A DNA stretch of 64,000 bases from Promineifilum sp. (GCA_035446145.1 DAOMSB010000005.1:13879-77878); one strand, 5' to 3'; shown: positions 20,693-29,856, numbered from the stretch's first letter. The notes: generated by a model not told the origin, from the letters alone. Made by a program: numbers and translations.

Positions 20693-22702
20693 ATGCGCCA
20701 CAGCCAGTCTGGTGAGCAATTAACCGTCGAGCATTCTGCGGGATATGCGCCTGAACGATTGGCGTTGGTTCTCATGGTGGCCATCCTGCTTGCCGCCGCC
20801 GCTTTTAGATTTATTGGCCTCGATAATTTTCCTACTCCACAAGGCGCGACGCCCCCGGGCCTGGAACATGATGAGGTCGCCCACTGGCTGATCAATCAGG
20901 ACATTCTGGCCGGGCAGCACGCGATCTACTTCACCGAGGCCTACGGCCACGAAGCGCTCTATCATTACGTGCAGGCGGCTTTCGGGGCGATGGTCGGCGA
21001 TCATGCGCTGGCCCTGCGTCTGCCGTCGGCCTATTTCGGCATCCTGTTGGTGGCTGTTGCCTATGCGCTTGGGCGCCGGCTGTTCGGCGTACGTGTGGCG
21101 TTGTGGTCGGCCGCATTCCTGGCGGTGCTTTTCTGGCCAGTGTTCTATAGCCGCCTGGCGTTGCGGGCCATCTCACTGCCGGTATTTTCCGGTTTGGCGG
21201 CTTATTGGTGGTGGCGGGCCTTCCCCATTGGCGCAGAGCCTGACAATGATCCAGAGAGCAATGATAGAACGGCCGCAACAAGCTTGGGTATGGCCGGTTT
21301 GTTTGCCGGATTGAGCATCCACACCTACATGGCGGCGCGGGCCGTGCCGATATTCTTCGCTCTATATTCCTTTTATTTGCTCGTATGGCATCGACCTATT
21401 TTCCGCCGTCATTGGCGCGGGCTGGCCTTGTTCTGGCTAACGTTTATTGTGGTCGCTGCGCCCCTGGCTATTTTTCTGCTGTCGAATCCCGGCGCAGAGG
21501 TACGCGTCGCTGAAGTTGACGCGCCACTGCGAGCGTTTTTGTCGGGAGATTTTCGGCCGGTGCTGGAGAACGCGGCCCGCATCGTGGGCATGTTTGGCGT
21601 CAAGGGCGATCCGCTTTGGCGACAGAACGTCGCCGGGCGACCGGTCTTTGACCCCGTCATGGGGCTTCTTTTCTATGCCGGCGTCGCACTCAGTCTTTGG
21701 CGGTGGCGTGACCCGCGCCATGCCTTCATGTTATTATGGCTGGCGACGTCGGTGATCCCCAGCCTGGTCACCGTCGACGCGCCCAGCAACATCCGCATTA
21801 TTAACCTGCTACCGGTTTTGATGCTGTTTCCACTCGTATTTATCCACAACACCCTCCAATTATCCACAATACGGGAAAAGTTATCCACAGATTTAGCCAC
21901 AAGCCTGGCGAATACAAGACTTGTAACCGTGGGGTTAGGCTTCTTGCTTGTCTGGTCGGCATGGAGCACGTACTCCGATCTGTGGCGCGTGTGGCCGGCG
22001 AATGATGAGGTGCGTTTTGTATGGCAGGCCGCCCTCACCGAGGCGGCCGCGTATCTGGATCATAGCGATGAGTCGGGGGCGGTAGCTGTCGGCGGTTGGA
22101 CGCCGGAGACGATGGATCCGCCGACGATGGCGCTAAGTCTGCGGCGCGACGACCTGGCGCTGCGCTACTTCGATCCGACGCAAAGCCTCATTATCCCCGC
22201 TTCGGCTGACGATCAGCCCATTCGCATAGTGAAACCGAGTATCTTGCCACTGGCCACACCTCTTCAGGGCTTGGTGAAACCGTGGGAAGAAGTCCACGGC
22301 GAATTCACTCTCTACAGAATGCCCGACCAACCGGCCGTCGAACCGCGGATTGCGGCCGACGTCGATTTTGGTGGGCAACTTGTCTTCATGGGTAACGAAG
22401 TGGTGGCGGGATGCGAACCCGGAACTCCGTGCGAGATAATGACCTACTGGCGTGTCATTGCTCCATCCAAAGAACCGCTGCGATTCTTTCTTCACGCGGT
22501 GGATGCGGCAGGGCAGGTGGTGGCGCAAGATGATCGTCTCGGAGCGCCGGCCGAGTATTGGCGAGAGGGAGATCTCATCGTGCAGCTTCTCGCGTTGGAC
22601 GCCACGGCCGCGGAACTTCGGTTAGGTGTCTACAACCCCCTCACCCGTCAACGCCTTCTAACCCGGACGGGGGCCGATTATATAGCCCTGCCTGGAAATT
22701 AA
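20693..22702 (+). CDS. Glycosyltransferase family 39 (ArnT/PMT-like, GT-C) membrane protein
   Basis: PPGLEHDE, GHEALYHY, ALRLPSA, FWPVFYSR, many TM segments, C-terminal periplasmic domain (RFFLH..Q.D..W..GD). Confidence 0.8.
   Translation: MRHSQSGEQLTVEHSAGYAPERLALVLMVAILLAAAAFRFIGLDNFPTPQGATPPGLEHDEVAHWLINQDILAGQHAIYFTEAYGHEALYHYVQAAFGAMVGDHALALRLPSAYFGILLVAVAYALGRRLFGVRVALWSAAFLAVLFWPVFYSRLALRAISLPVFSGLAAYWWWRAFPIGAEPDNDPESNDRTAATSLGMAGLFAGLSIHTYMAARAVPIFFALYSFYLLVWHRPIFRRHWRGLALFWLTFIVVAAPLAIFLLSNPGAEVRVAEVDAPLRAFLSGDFRPVLENAARIVGMFGVKGDPLWRQNVAGRPVFDPVMGLLFYAGVALSLWRWRDPRHAFMLLWLATSVIPSLVTVDAPSNIRIINLLPVLMLFPLVFIHNTLQLSTIREKLSTDLATSLANTRLVTVGLGFLLVWSAWSTYSDLWRVWPANDEVRFVWQAALTEAAAYLDHSDESGAVAVGGWTPETMDPPTMALSLRRDDLALRYFDPTQSLIIPASADDQPIRIVKPSILPLATPLQGLVKPWEEVHGEFTLYRMPDQPAVEPRIAADVDFGGQLVFMGNEVVAGCEPGTPCEIMTYWRVIAPSKEPLRFFLHAVDAAGQVVAQDDRLGAPAEYWREGDLIVQLLALDATAAELRLGVYNPLTRQRLLTRTGADYIALPGN
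21840..21901 (+). promoter_or_regulatory. Cluster of DnaA boxes inside the GT39 coding sequence
   Basis: TTATCCACA at 21840, 21860 and 21881; TTAGCCACA at 21893; all in the same orientation. Confidence 0.8.
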
Positions 22703-22727
22703 CCGGCGAGGCGGAATGGGCTTGTGG

Positions 22728-24029
22728 TTATGGCGTTACGCGATGGAGATCGCGCGGGAAAAGGGTCGCCAGCCGCAGGTTGGGCAAACCCAGCAGCTGC
22801 ATCAAGAGACGCTCCAGGCCGATGGCGAAGCCGCCGTGGGGAGGCATGCCATAGCGAAAAGCTTCGAGGTAAGTTTCGAATGGCTCATGGGGATAACCGG
22901 CCCGGTCGAGCGCGGCCAGATAGTCCTGGTAACGGTGCAAGCGCTGACCGCCGGTCACCAGCTCAGTCCCGCGAAACAGCAGGTCGAAGGAGTTGGAATA
23001 ATCCGGTCGCGTCGGGTCAGGGTGGGTGTAGAACGGCCGCTTGACCATTGGATAGCCGGTCACAAACAGGAAGTCGCTGCCATGTGTCTCTAACGCCCAT
23101 TCGCCCAACCAGCGCTCGTCCTGTGGCGACAGATCAGGCTCACCGCGCACATCGACCCCATGACGACTCAGGATTAGCTCCTGGGCATCGGCAAAGTGGA
23201 TGTGGGGTATCTCCGGCAGAATGATGGGCAGGTTGGCTTCAAGCAAGGCCAAATCATCCGGATAGTTGTCGATCAGATAGGTGAAGATGCCGGCGATCAC
23301 CTCGCGGAGCAGGCGCATCACCGTGAAATGATTTTCGATGAAGCCGAACTCGACATCCAGGCTGACGTATTCGTTGATGTGACGAACGGTATCATGAGGT
23401 TCGGCGCGGAAGACCGGGCCGACTTCGAACACGCGCTCGAAGACGCCGACCATGATCTGCTTGTAGAACTGGGGACTTTGGGCCAGATAAGCGGGGCGGC
23501 CGAAGTAATCCAGCCTGAACACGTTGGCTCCGCTCTCTGTGGCCGAGGCGACGATTTTGGGCGTCTGCACTTCGGTGAAGTACATGGCCCCCAGCGTCGC
23601 GCGAAACCCGGCCATAACGCCGGATGACAGCCTGAATATGGCCCGTCGCGCCGGGTGACGATTGGCGACGACGGCGTGATCGAGCAGTGTGGGCAGGGCG
23701 GCGTTCAGCCGGCGTTTGTTGAGCGGCAGCGGTGGCGTTTCAGTTACCGGTGTTATGACTTCGATCCGCGGCCGTTGCAGTTCGAGGCCATTAGGTGCCT
23801 GCGCATTGGCAATGGCCAACCCTTCAAGGCGGATGACCGTTCCCAGAGCGAGATCGGCGATAGGTGCAAGGTCCGCATCATCTTCAGTGACGGCCTGGAT
23901 GGTTCCCCAGCCGTCGCGCAGGACGATGAAATTGACGCCGCCCAACCGGCGGACGTTATGGAGCCAGCCTTTGAGTTGGACAGCTTCACCGATGTGGTTC
24001 TTTGCTTCAATCGTGCGGATCTCGGTCAT
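22728..24029 (-). CDS. aspS: Aspartate--tRNA(Asp/Asn) ligase, short archaeal-like (probably non-discriminating) type
   Basis: ESGANVF, AYLAQSPQFYKQ, FRAEPH, TGGQRLH, YGMPPHGGFAIGLER; lacks the bacterial GAD insertion; start MTEIR. Confidence 0.88.
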   Translation of the reverse strand: MTEIRTIEAKNHIGEAVQLKGWLHNVRRLGGVNFIVLRDGWGTIQAVTEDDADLAPIADLALGTVIRLEGLAIANAQAPNGLELQRPRIEVITPVTETPPLPLNKRRLNAALPTLLDHAVVANRHPARRAIFRLSSGVMAGFRATLGAMYFTEVQTPKIVASATESGANVFRLDYFGRPAYLAQSPQFYKQIMVGVFERVFEVGPVFRAEPHDTVRHINEYVSLDVEFGFIENHFTVMRLLREVIAGIFTYLIDNYPDDLALLEANLPIILPEIPHIHFADAQELILSRHGVDVRGEPDLSPQDERWLGEWALETHGSDFLFVTGYPMVKRPFYTHPDPTRPDYSNSFDLLFRGTELVTGGQRLHRYQDYLAALDRAGYPHEPFETYLEAFRYGMPPHGGFAIGLERLLMQLLGLPNLRLATLFPRDLHRVTP

Positions 24030-24086
24030 GATGTTGCTCAATCTGAAGACGGCCATTAGTCTTGCCGGCCCTGTCAACCCCGTTTG

Positions 24087-24560
24087 TCAGGCGATGTCGT
24101 GGATTTTAAAGGCAATTTGTCCCGCGGGGGTCTGGGCGCTGACGGTTTGGCCCTTCCTGGCCCCCAGCAGCGCGCTGCCGATCGGCGACTCGTTGGAGAT
24201 GCGTCCTTCTGTCGGATCAGCCTCGGCCGCGCCGACGATAGTGTAAGTCTCCATCTCGTCATACCCGTCCTCGGATACGGTGACGGTGCTGCCGATGCGC
24301 ACGACACCCGCCGGCCCCTTGTTCTCGATCACCTTGGCCTGTAGTATCATGGTCTCCAGTTGGCGAATGCGAGCCTCGATAAAGCCCTGTTCTTCCTTGG
24401 CGTCGTGATAGTCCGCGTTTTCTTTCAGGTCGCCTTGCTTGATGGCAATTTCCAGCTTCAGCGCTACTTCTTCGCGGCGAGTTGTCTTGAGGTTGTGCAA
24501 CTCATCTTTCATCTGTTGCAGCCCTTCGGATGTTACGTACAGAACGTCGTCTTCAATCAT
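24087..24560 (-). CDS. greA: Transcription elongation factor GreA
   Basis: GDLKENADYHDAKEEQ, IVGAAEADP..GRISNESPIGSALLG. Confidence 0.97.
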   Translation of the reverse strand: MIEDDVLYVTSEGLQQMKDELHNLKTTRREEVALKLEIAIKQGDLKENADYHDAKEEQGFIEARIRQLETMILQAKVIENKGPAGVVRIGSTVTVSEDGYDEMETYTIVGAAEADPTEGRISNESPIGSALLGARKGQTVSAQTPAGQIAFKIHDIA

Positions 24561-24610
24561 GGTATCCTTCTCCGCGTCTTTTTCAGGTCGCTACCTGGCA
24601 TTGTCGATAC

Positions 24611-24644
24611 AAAAGAAAAGCCCAGCCGATCAATGCGGCTGGGC
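24611..24644 (-). terminator. Intrinsic terminator (attenuator) in the greA leader
   Basis: GCCCAGCCG/CGGCTGGGC stem followed by TTTTCTTTT, about 50 nt upstream of the greA ATG. Confidence 0.85.
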
Positions 24645-24678
24645 GACTTACCCACTATTTGCTTGTTGGCGAAATGGG

Positions 24679-24765
24679 TTAGCAATCGCTCGATGCCGCG
24701 GGCGTATCGTTCGCCGCCGGCGGGGGGAAATTCAGAACGTTCAGATCTCGTGTCACGTTGTTCAT
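24679..24765 (-). CDS. Putative 28-aa leader peptide MNNVTRDLNVLNFPPPAANDTPAASSDC
   Basis: ATG 11 nt after TATACT, TAA 34 nt before the terminator stem; below the ORF-track size cutoff. Confidence 0.55.
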   Translation of the reverse strand: MNNVTRDLNVLNFPPPAANDTPAASSDC

Positions 24766-24776
24766 AGCGTGTCGAA

Positions 24777-24805
24777 AGTATAGCGCAACAAGCCGGTATT
24801 GTCTA
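24777..24805 (-). promoter_or_regulatory. Sigma70-type promoter of leader-greA-aspS
   Basis: TAGACA-17 nt-TATACT on the minus strand. Confidence 0.75.
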
Positions 24806-24815
24806 CGACTCAGCT

Positions 24816-26360
24816 TCAGGCTTCGGAGCCGGCCATCAGCAAACCGACGCGTTCCCGGGTTGCTTCTTCGATAGGCAGCGTCTTGACGATATGGCCATCG
24901 AACATGACGGCCACCCGGTCAGCCAGGCTAAGGATCTCGTCCAGTTCGGCCGATACCAGAAGAACGGCCACGCCCGCGTCGCGCTGGGCCACAATCTGGT
25001 TATGGATGAACTCGATGGAACCGACGTCGATGCCGCGGGTAGGCTGGTTGGCGATGAGCAGTTTCACCGGCCGTGAAAATTCCCGGGCGACAATTACCTT
25101 TTGCTTGTTACCACCTGACAGGTTCCCGGCGTGGGTGTAGATCGACGGGGTGCGCACATCAAACTTCTTGACCAACTCCGTGCCATTCTCCGCGATTGCC
25201 TGCCGGTTCAGGATCGCGTTATTAGAGAATGGTTTGTGATAATAGCGATTGAGAACCATGTTGTCGGCGATGGAGTAGGGCATGACCAGCCCGTGTTTTT
25301 CGCGGTCTTCAGGGATATGGGCGACATCCAGCTCGGTGATGGCCCGTGGGGTGAACTGGGTGGAGTCTTCGCCCGCGATCTCTATGTTGCCGCTGACGAT
25401 CGACCGCAACCCGGTCAGAGCTTCTACGAACTCGCGCTGGCCGTTGCCCTGAACACCGGCTACTCCGAGGATCTCACCGGCATGCACTTCAAGCGACAGG
25501 TCTTTGACGACAAGTTGCTTTCGGTCGTCCAGAACTTTCAGGTTCTTAATCTCCAGGACCTTTTTGCCGGGATGGGCCTCATCCTTGTCCACCTGAAGGA
25601 TGACCTTGCGGCCGACCATCAACTCGGCCAGACTGGCTTCCGTCGATTCGGCCGGTAGGGCGGCACCTACGCTGCGGCCGCCACGCAGGACGACAATTCG
25701 ATCGGCCACGGCCAGCACCTCTTTCAGCTTATGGGTGATAAAGATGATCGAGACACCTTTCTCCGTCAGGTCGTGCATGATGCGGAACAGTTCATTCGAT
25801 TCCTGCGGTGTCAGCACGGCCGTCGGCTCATCGAGAATGAGAATGTCGGCATGACGGTAGAGCGCTTTAATGATCTCTACGCGCTGTTGCAGGCCAACCG
25901 GGAGATCATCTACCTCGACAGTGGGATCAATTTCCAGCCCATATTGCTCCGACAACTCGTGCACGCGACGATTGGCGGCTCGCTTGTCGATGTAACCCCC
26001 GGTTCTGGTCACTTCCGCACCCAGGATAACGTTTTCGGCCACGGTCATGACGGGCACGAGCTGGAAATGCTGGTGAACCATGCCAATGCCACGCTCGATC
26101 GCGTCACCTGGACTGTGCAGTGTCACTTTCTCCCCTTTGATCCAGATCTCACCCGCGTCGGGGCGATAGAGACCGTAGAGGATATTCATCAGTGTGCTCT
26201 TGCCCGCGCCGTTTTCGCCGAGCAGGGCCAATATCTCGCCTTTACGCAAGGTCAGATCGATTCGATCGTTGGCGAGGACGCCGGGGAACTGTTTGGTGAT
26301 GCCGCGCGCTTCCAGCACGATGGGAGCTTCGTCGACACGTTGGGTGTTATTTTTGTTCAT
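24816..26360 (-). CDS. ABC transporter ATP-binding protein, CUT2/nucleoside type
   Basis: GENGAGKST, ILDEPT, LSGGNKQK, QPTRGIDVG; two NBDs. Confidence 0.93.
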   Translation of the reverse strand: MNKNNTQRVDEAPIVLEARGITKQFPGVLANDRIDLTLRKGEILALLGENGAGKSTLMNILYGLYRPDAGEIWIKGEKVTLHSPGDAIERGIGMVHQHFQLVPVMTVAENVILGAEVTRTGGYIDKRAANRRVHELSEQYGLEIDPTVEVDDLPVGLQQRVEIIKALYRHADILILDEPTAVLTPQESNELFRIMHDLTEKGVSIIFITHKLKEVLAVADRIVVLRGGRSVGAALPAESTEASLAELMVGRKVILQVDKDEAHPGKKVLEIKNLKVLDDRKQLVVKDLSLEVHAGEILGVAGVQGNGQREFVEALTGLRSIVSGNIEIAGEDSTQFTPRAITELDVAHIPEDREKHGLVMPYSIADNMVLNRYYHKPFSNNAILNRQAIAENGTELVKKFDVRTPSIYTHAGNLSGGNKQKVIVAREFSRPVKLLIANQPTRGIDVGSIEFIHNQIVAQRDAGVAVLLVSAELDEILSLADRVAVMFDGHIVKTLPIEEATRERVGLLMAGSEA

Positions 26361-26405
26361 TCAATGGCCTTTCCCATGCCTGTTAATGAGCTTGACGATG
26401 CGCGA

Positions 26406-27422
26406 TTAGCCTTTCTCGTAGGGAACGCCACTGGCGGCCGGCGCGCGAGATCGGCCCACAAACCCGGCCAGGACGAGGATCGTCAGAATATAGGGCATGC
26501 TACCGATGAATTGCGGCGGCAGATTCACCCCCCAGAACTGAAGCTGGGTCTGCAAAGCATAGGTAAAGCCAAACAGCAAGGCCGCGCCCCATGCTCCAAA
26601 GGGTGTCCATTTGCCGAAGATGAGGATCGCCAACGCTAGGAAGCCGCGACCATTGGTCATCATTCGCTCGAAGGATCCGACGCCCTCCAGAGTAAGGTAT
26701 GCTCCACCCAGCCCGGCAATAGCTCCGCCGAGGATGACGTTGATGTAGCGAACCTTGTAGACGTTGATGCCTACCGTGTCGGCCGCGCTGGGATGTTCGC
26801 CGACCGCGCGAGTTCGCAACCCCCACCGTGTATAGAACAAGACGTAATGGACAACGAATACGAGAATGATTGCCAGATAGGTGATCGGCGGATTCTTGAA
26901 CAGGACCGGGCCAATAAGTGGAATATCAGCCAGCGGGCCGAGAGAGATCGGCTGTAACTTCCCGCGAGTTGTCAGGCCGGCTACGTAAAAGTAGCCTGTT
27001 AACCCAACGGCCAGGATGTTGATAATCGTACCACCGATAATTTGGTCCATTTTCAGCGTGACGGCCATAAAGGCTAAAAATGCGCCTAATAACGCGCCGG
27101 CCAGTGCGCCGATGATTATCGCCAGTACCAAGTTGCCGGTATAGACATTGGCCAGGAAGGCTATGAACGCGGCGATGAGCATCTGCCCCTCGATACCAAT
27201 GTTTACAACGCCGCTCCTCTCGCCCAGCAAGCCGCATAGCGCACCCAGGATGAGAGGAGTCGACTCGCGAATTGTCCTGGCTAACACGGCTATCGTCACT
27301 ACATCGTTTGTCGCGTAGGCAAAAATAATGGATCCAGTGACAATAATGGCAATCAGGGTCAGCCATTTATTTTTTACCAGCCAGCTGATTGATCCATTTC
27401 GGCGCGATGCAGTCAGTTCCAT
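26406..27422 (-). CDS. Nucleoside ABC transporter permease (NupC/YufQ-like)
   Basis: ERSGVVNIGIEG, GLRTRAVGEHP.AADTVGINV, GRGFLALA, PY.LT..VL. Confidence 0.9.
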   Translation of the reverse strand: MELTASRRNGSISWLVKNKWLTLIAIIVTGSIIFAYATNDVVTIAVLARTIRESTPLILGALCGLLGERSGVVNIGIEGQMLIAAFIAFLANVYTGNLVLAIIIGALAGALLGAFLAFMAVTLKMDQIIGGTIINILAVGLTGYFYVAGLTTRGKLQPISLGPLADIPLIGPVLFKNPPITYLAIILVFVVHYVLFYTRWGLRTRAVGEHPSAADTVGINVYKVRYINVILGGAIAGLGGAYLTLEGVGSFERMMTNGRGFLALAILIFGKWTPFGAWGAALLFGFTYALQTQLQFWGVNLPPQFIGSMPYILTILVLAGFVGRSRAPAASGVPYEKG

Positions 27423-27511
27423 ATTGTTCCCTCTCAAACAATGATGAATCAGGATTTAAGGATTGGATTACCAATCTGGATCCTTAATCTGTAATTCTTA
27501 ATCTCGTTTCC

Positions 27512-28636
27512 TTACTTCCCGCTCCACCCTGTGCTTAGTGTCACTTGATCATCATCAGCCGTGCGCTGTCGAATGATCCGTCTGGTGATCACGTCGGCCG
27601 CGACGAAGAACAAAATTACTGCGGTTATGATATCGATTATCTCTTTGGCTACATGGGCCTCGAGCTGCATTACATTGGAGCCGGCGCGCATGGCTCCCAG
27701 CAGCAAGGCGGCAGGTATGACGCCAAATGGGCTGGTTTTGCCTAATAAAGCCACGGTGATTCCGTCGAAGCCGAGGCCAACGTTAAATCCAGGCTCATAA
27801 CGACGAACGATGCCTAATGTTTCAACGGCGCCGCCGAACCCGGCCAATAAACCGCTGATTACCATAGCCAGGATGATCATTCGCGCGACTCGGATTCCAG
27901 CATATTGGGCGGCACTGGAGTTCAGGCCGACGGTGCGGAGCTCAAACCCCAATGTGGTGCGATAAATTAACCACCAGACGAGCGCCGCGGTAAGGACGGC
28001 GATTATAAAGCCCAGAGGTATATGATTGATAATCGGAAGTTCGGCTGATGGCAAGATTCTTGCCGTGCGGGCGATGACATTGGTTGGCGATGGATCCTTC
28101 CACGGTCCGTTGACCAGATAGTTCGTAATGTTGTAGGCTACATAGTTGAGCATGATGGTTACGATGACCTCATGCGCCCCAGTGTATGCCTTCAATATAC
28201 CTGGAATTGCACCATAGAGCGCGCCAGCCAGTCCACCGGCTGCCAGGGCGAGTGGAATGTGAATGAGAGGGGGCAACCCTTCGATCGAATACCCGACGAA
28301 GGCCGCTACAATGGCTCCAATTAATAATTGCCCTTGTGCACCGATATTAAAAAGGCCGGCTTTGAAGGCGAAGGCGACAGCAAGCCCACTAAATATAAGC
28401 GGAGTTGTCTTTTCAAGTGTTCTCTGAATGGCCGCAGGAGAGCCGAACGAGCCTTTCAAGAGTGCGCTGTAAGCTTCAATAGGACTTGCGCCGGAAATCA
28501 GAAGGATTATAGCCCCAATAAGAAGCCCCAAGAAGACGGCGACCACCGGTATGCTGATACCGTGCCAAATCTGTCGCAACCACTTTTTTTTCCGATCTTC
28601 GTCGGGATTAGTTGTCGGAATTGTCGTCAACGCCAC
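27512..28636 (-). CDS. Nucleoside ABC transporter permease (NupB/YufP-like)
   Basis: AGLFNIGAQGQ, HEVIVTIMLNY, GFDGITVALLG; GTG start after AGGAG. Confidence 0.9.
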   Translation of the reverse strand: MALTTIPTTNPDEDRKKKWLRQIWHGISIPVVAVFLGLLIGAIILLISGASPIEAYSALLKGSFGSPAAIQRTLEKTTPLIFSGLAVAFAFKAGLFNIGAQGQLLIGAIVAAFVGYSIEGLPPLIHIPLALAAGGLAGALYGAIPGILKAYTGAHEVIVTIMLNYVAYNITNYLVNGPWKDPSPTNVIARTARILPSAELPIINHIPLGFIIAVLTAALVWWLIYRTTLGFELRTVGLNSSAAQYAGIRVARMIILAMVISGLLAGFGGAVETLGIVRRYEPGFNVGLGFDGITVALLGKTSPFGVIPAALLLGAMRAGSNVMQLEAHVAKEIIDIITAVILFFVAADVITRRIIRQRTADDDQVTLSTGWSGK

Positions 28637-28644
28637 CTCCTAGA

Positions 28645-28682
28645 CAATGTGCGACGTGCCGTATCGGGCACGTCGCACATTG
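28645..28682. other. Perfect 16-bp stem-loop between bmp and the first permease (mRNA stabiliser or partial terminator)
   Basis: CAATGTGCGACGTGCC-gtatcg-GGCACGTCGCACATTG. Confidence 0.7.
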
Positions 28683-28740
28683 AAAGACTAAATAAGCATT
28701 AGATTTTCAATAGATCTAAGCTCGCAGCTTTATCTTCCGT

Positions 28741-29856
28741 CTAGTCTGTGGCGGGATCAAACCCCGTTGAAATTGAACCGTCCTGCAAACCGGCGTCAGT
28801 CGTGGCCAATAGATCCCTAACTTCTTGTGGAACGGCGTCTTCGTGATCATGGAAAGGCGCAAGACCGACCAGCCCATAGTAATTCCCGCCCGGGAACTCG
28901 CCGTTTACCGACTTCGTAATCAAATCGACGACCCCAGGGGTGATGAGCTTCATCGCACTCGTTATGAGGCAAGGATGCGCTTCGGGCACGGTTCCCCACT
29001 GATCGGAGTCGACGCCGATGCACCATACGCCTTCGTGGGACGCTGCTTCTATGATCGCGCCGTTGCCTGTCTTGCCGCCGGCACCGAAAACGAAGTCCGC
29101 GCCGTTGGCGATTGCTTGTTGGGCAGTTGCGGCACCGTCCTCAGGAGAGGTGAAACCGCTCTCGAAACCACCGGGATGGTAGGTGGCGATAACCTTGATG
29201 TCGGGGTTAACTGACAGGGCGCCATTCTGGTAACCAATGTTGAAGGCTCTTACAGCCGGAACCAGATCGGTACCCAGCACAGCAGCGATGGTGCCGGTCT
29301 GGCTGAGAGACCCGGCCAGTACACCAGCCAAATATCCCGCCTTGTCTTCGTTGAAGACCAGGCCAGCGACGTTCGCGACAGGTGTTTCGGGTTGGAACTG
29401 ATCCACGCCGATAAAGTCGATGTCAGGATATGTGGCGGCCGCGGCCAAGGTAGCCTCGCCCATGGCGAACCCTACGGTCACGATGACGTCGTAACCCTGA
29501 TCGGCGAACAGGGCGATGTTGGCGCCGTAGTCGGTGGCAGCGGAGGTCTCAATGAAGTTAACTTCGGCCGCGCCGAGCGCTTCGGCGGCCTGCTGCGCGC
29601 CTTCCCAAGCTGACTGGTTGAAGGATTTGTCGTCTACTTCACCCACGTCCGTCACGAGGCCAATGCAAAGCACGGCTTCATCGGTGCAATCGCCGGCAGC
29701 TTCCTCGGCCGGTGCTTCGGTCGGGGCGGCCTCCTCGGCCGGTGCTTCGGTCGGGGCAGTTTCCTGCGCCGGCGGCGTGGCGGCTCCGCCACCGCAAGCA
29801 ACAGCAAGCAGTGACAACAAGAGCAACCCGGTGAGCAACAGAGCTATACGTTTCAT
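28741..29856 (-). CDS. BMP family ABC transporter substrate-binding lipoprotein
   Basis: Lipobox LLAVAC, TEAPAEEA linker repeats, TDVGEVDDKSFNQSAWEG, IGVDSDQ, TSAMK. Confidence 0.92.
   Translation of the reverse strand: MKRIALLLTGLLLLSLLAVACGGGAATPPAQETAPTEAPAEEAAPTEAPAEEAAGDCTDEAVLCIGLVTDVGEVDDKSFNQSAWEGAQQAAEALGAAEVNFIETSAATDYGANIALFADQGYDVIVTVGFAMGEATLAAAATYPDIDFIGVDQFQPETPVANVAGLVFNEDKAGYLAGVLAGSLSQTGTIAAVLGTDLVPAVRAFNIGYQNGALSVNPDIKVIATYHPGGFESGFTSPEDGAATAQQAIANGADFVFGAGGKTGNGAIIEAASHEGVWCIGVDSDQWGTVPEAHPCLITSAMKLITPGVVDLITKSVNGEFPGGNYYGLVGLAPFHDHEDAVPQEVRDLLATTDAGLQDGSISTGFDPATD

Noticed and set aside
24561-24770. T-box upstream of greA-aspS
   Set aside because: No GGTGGNACC T-box sequence or stem I motifs; a peptide leader fits better
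29697-29758. 30-bp tandem duplication that could be mistaken for an array
   Set aside because: Encodes the APTEAPAEEA linker of the BMP lipoprotein; two copies, no spacers
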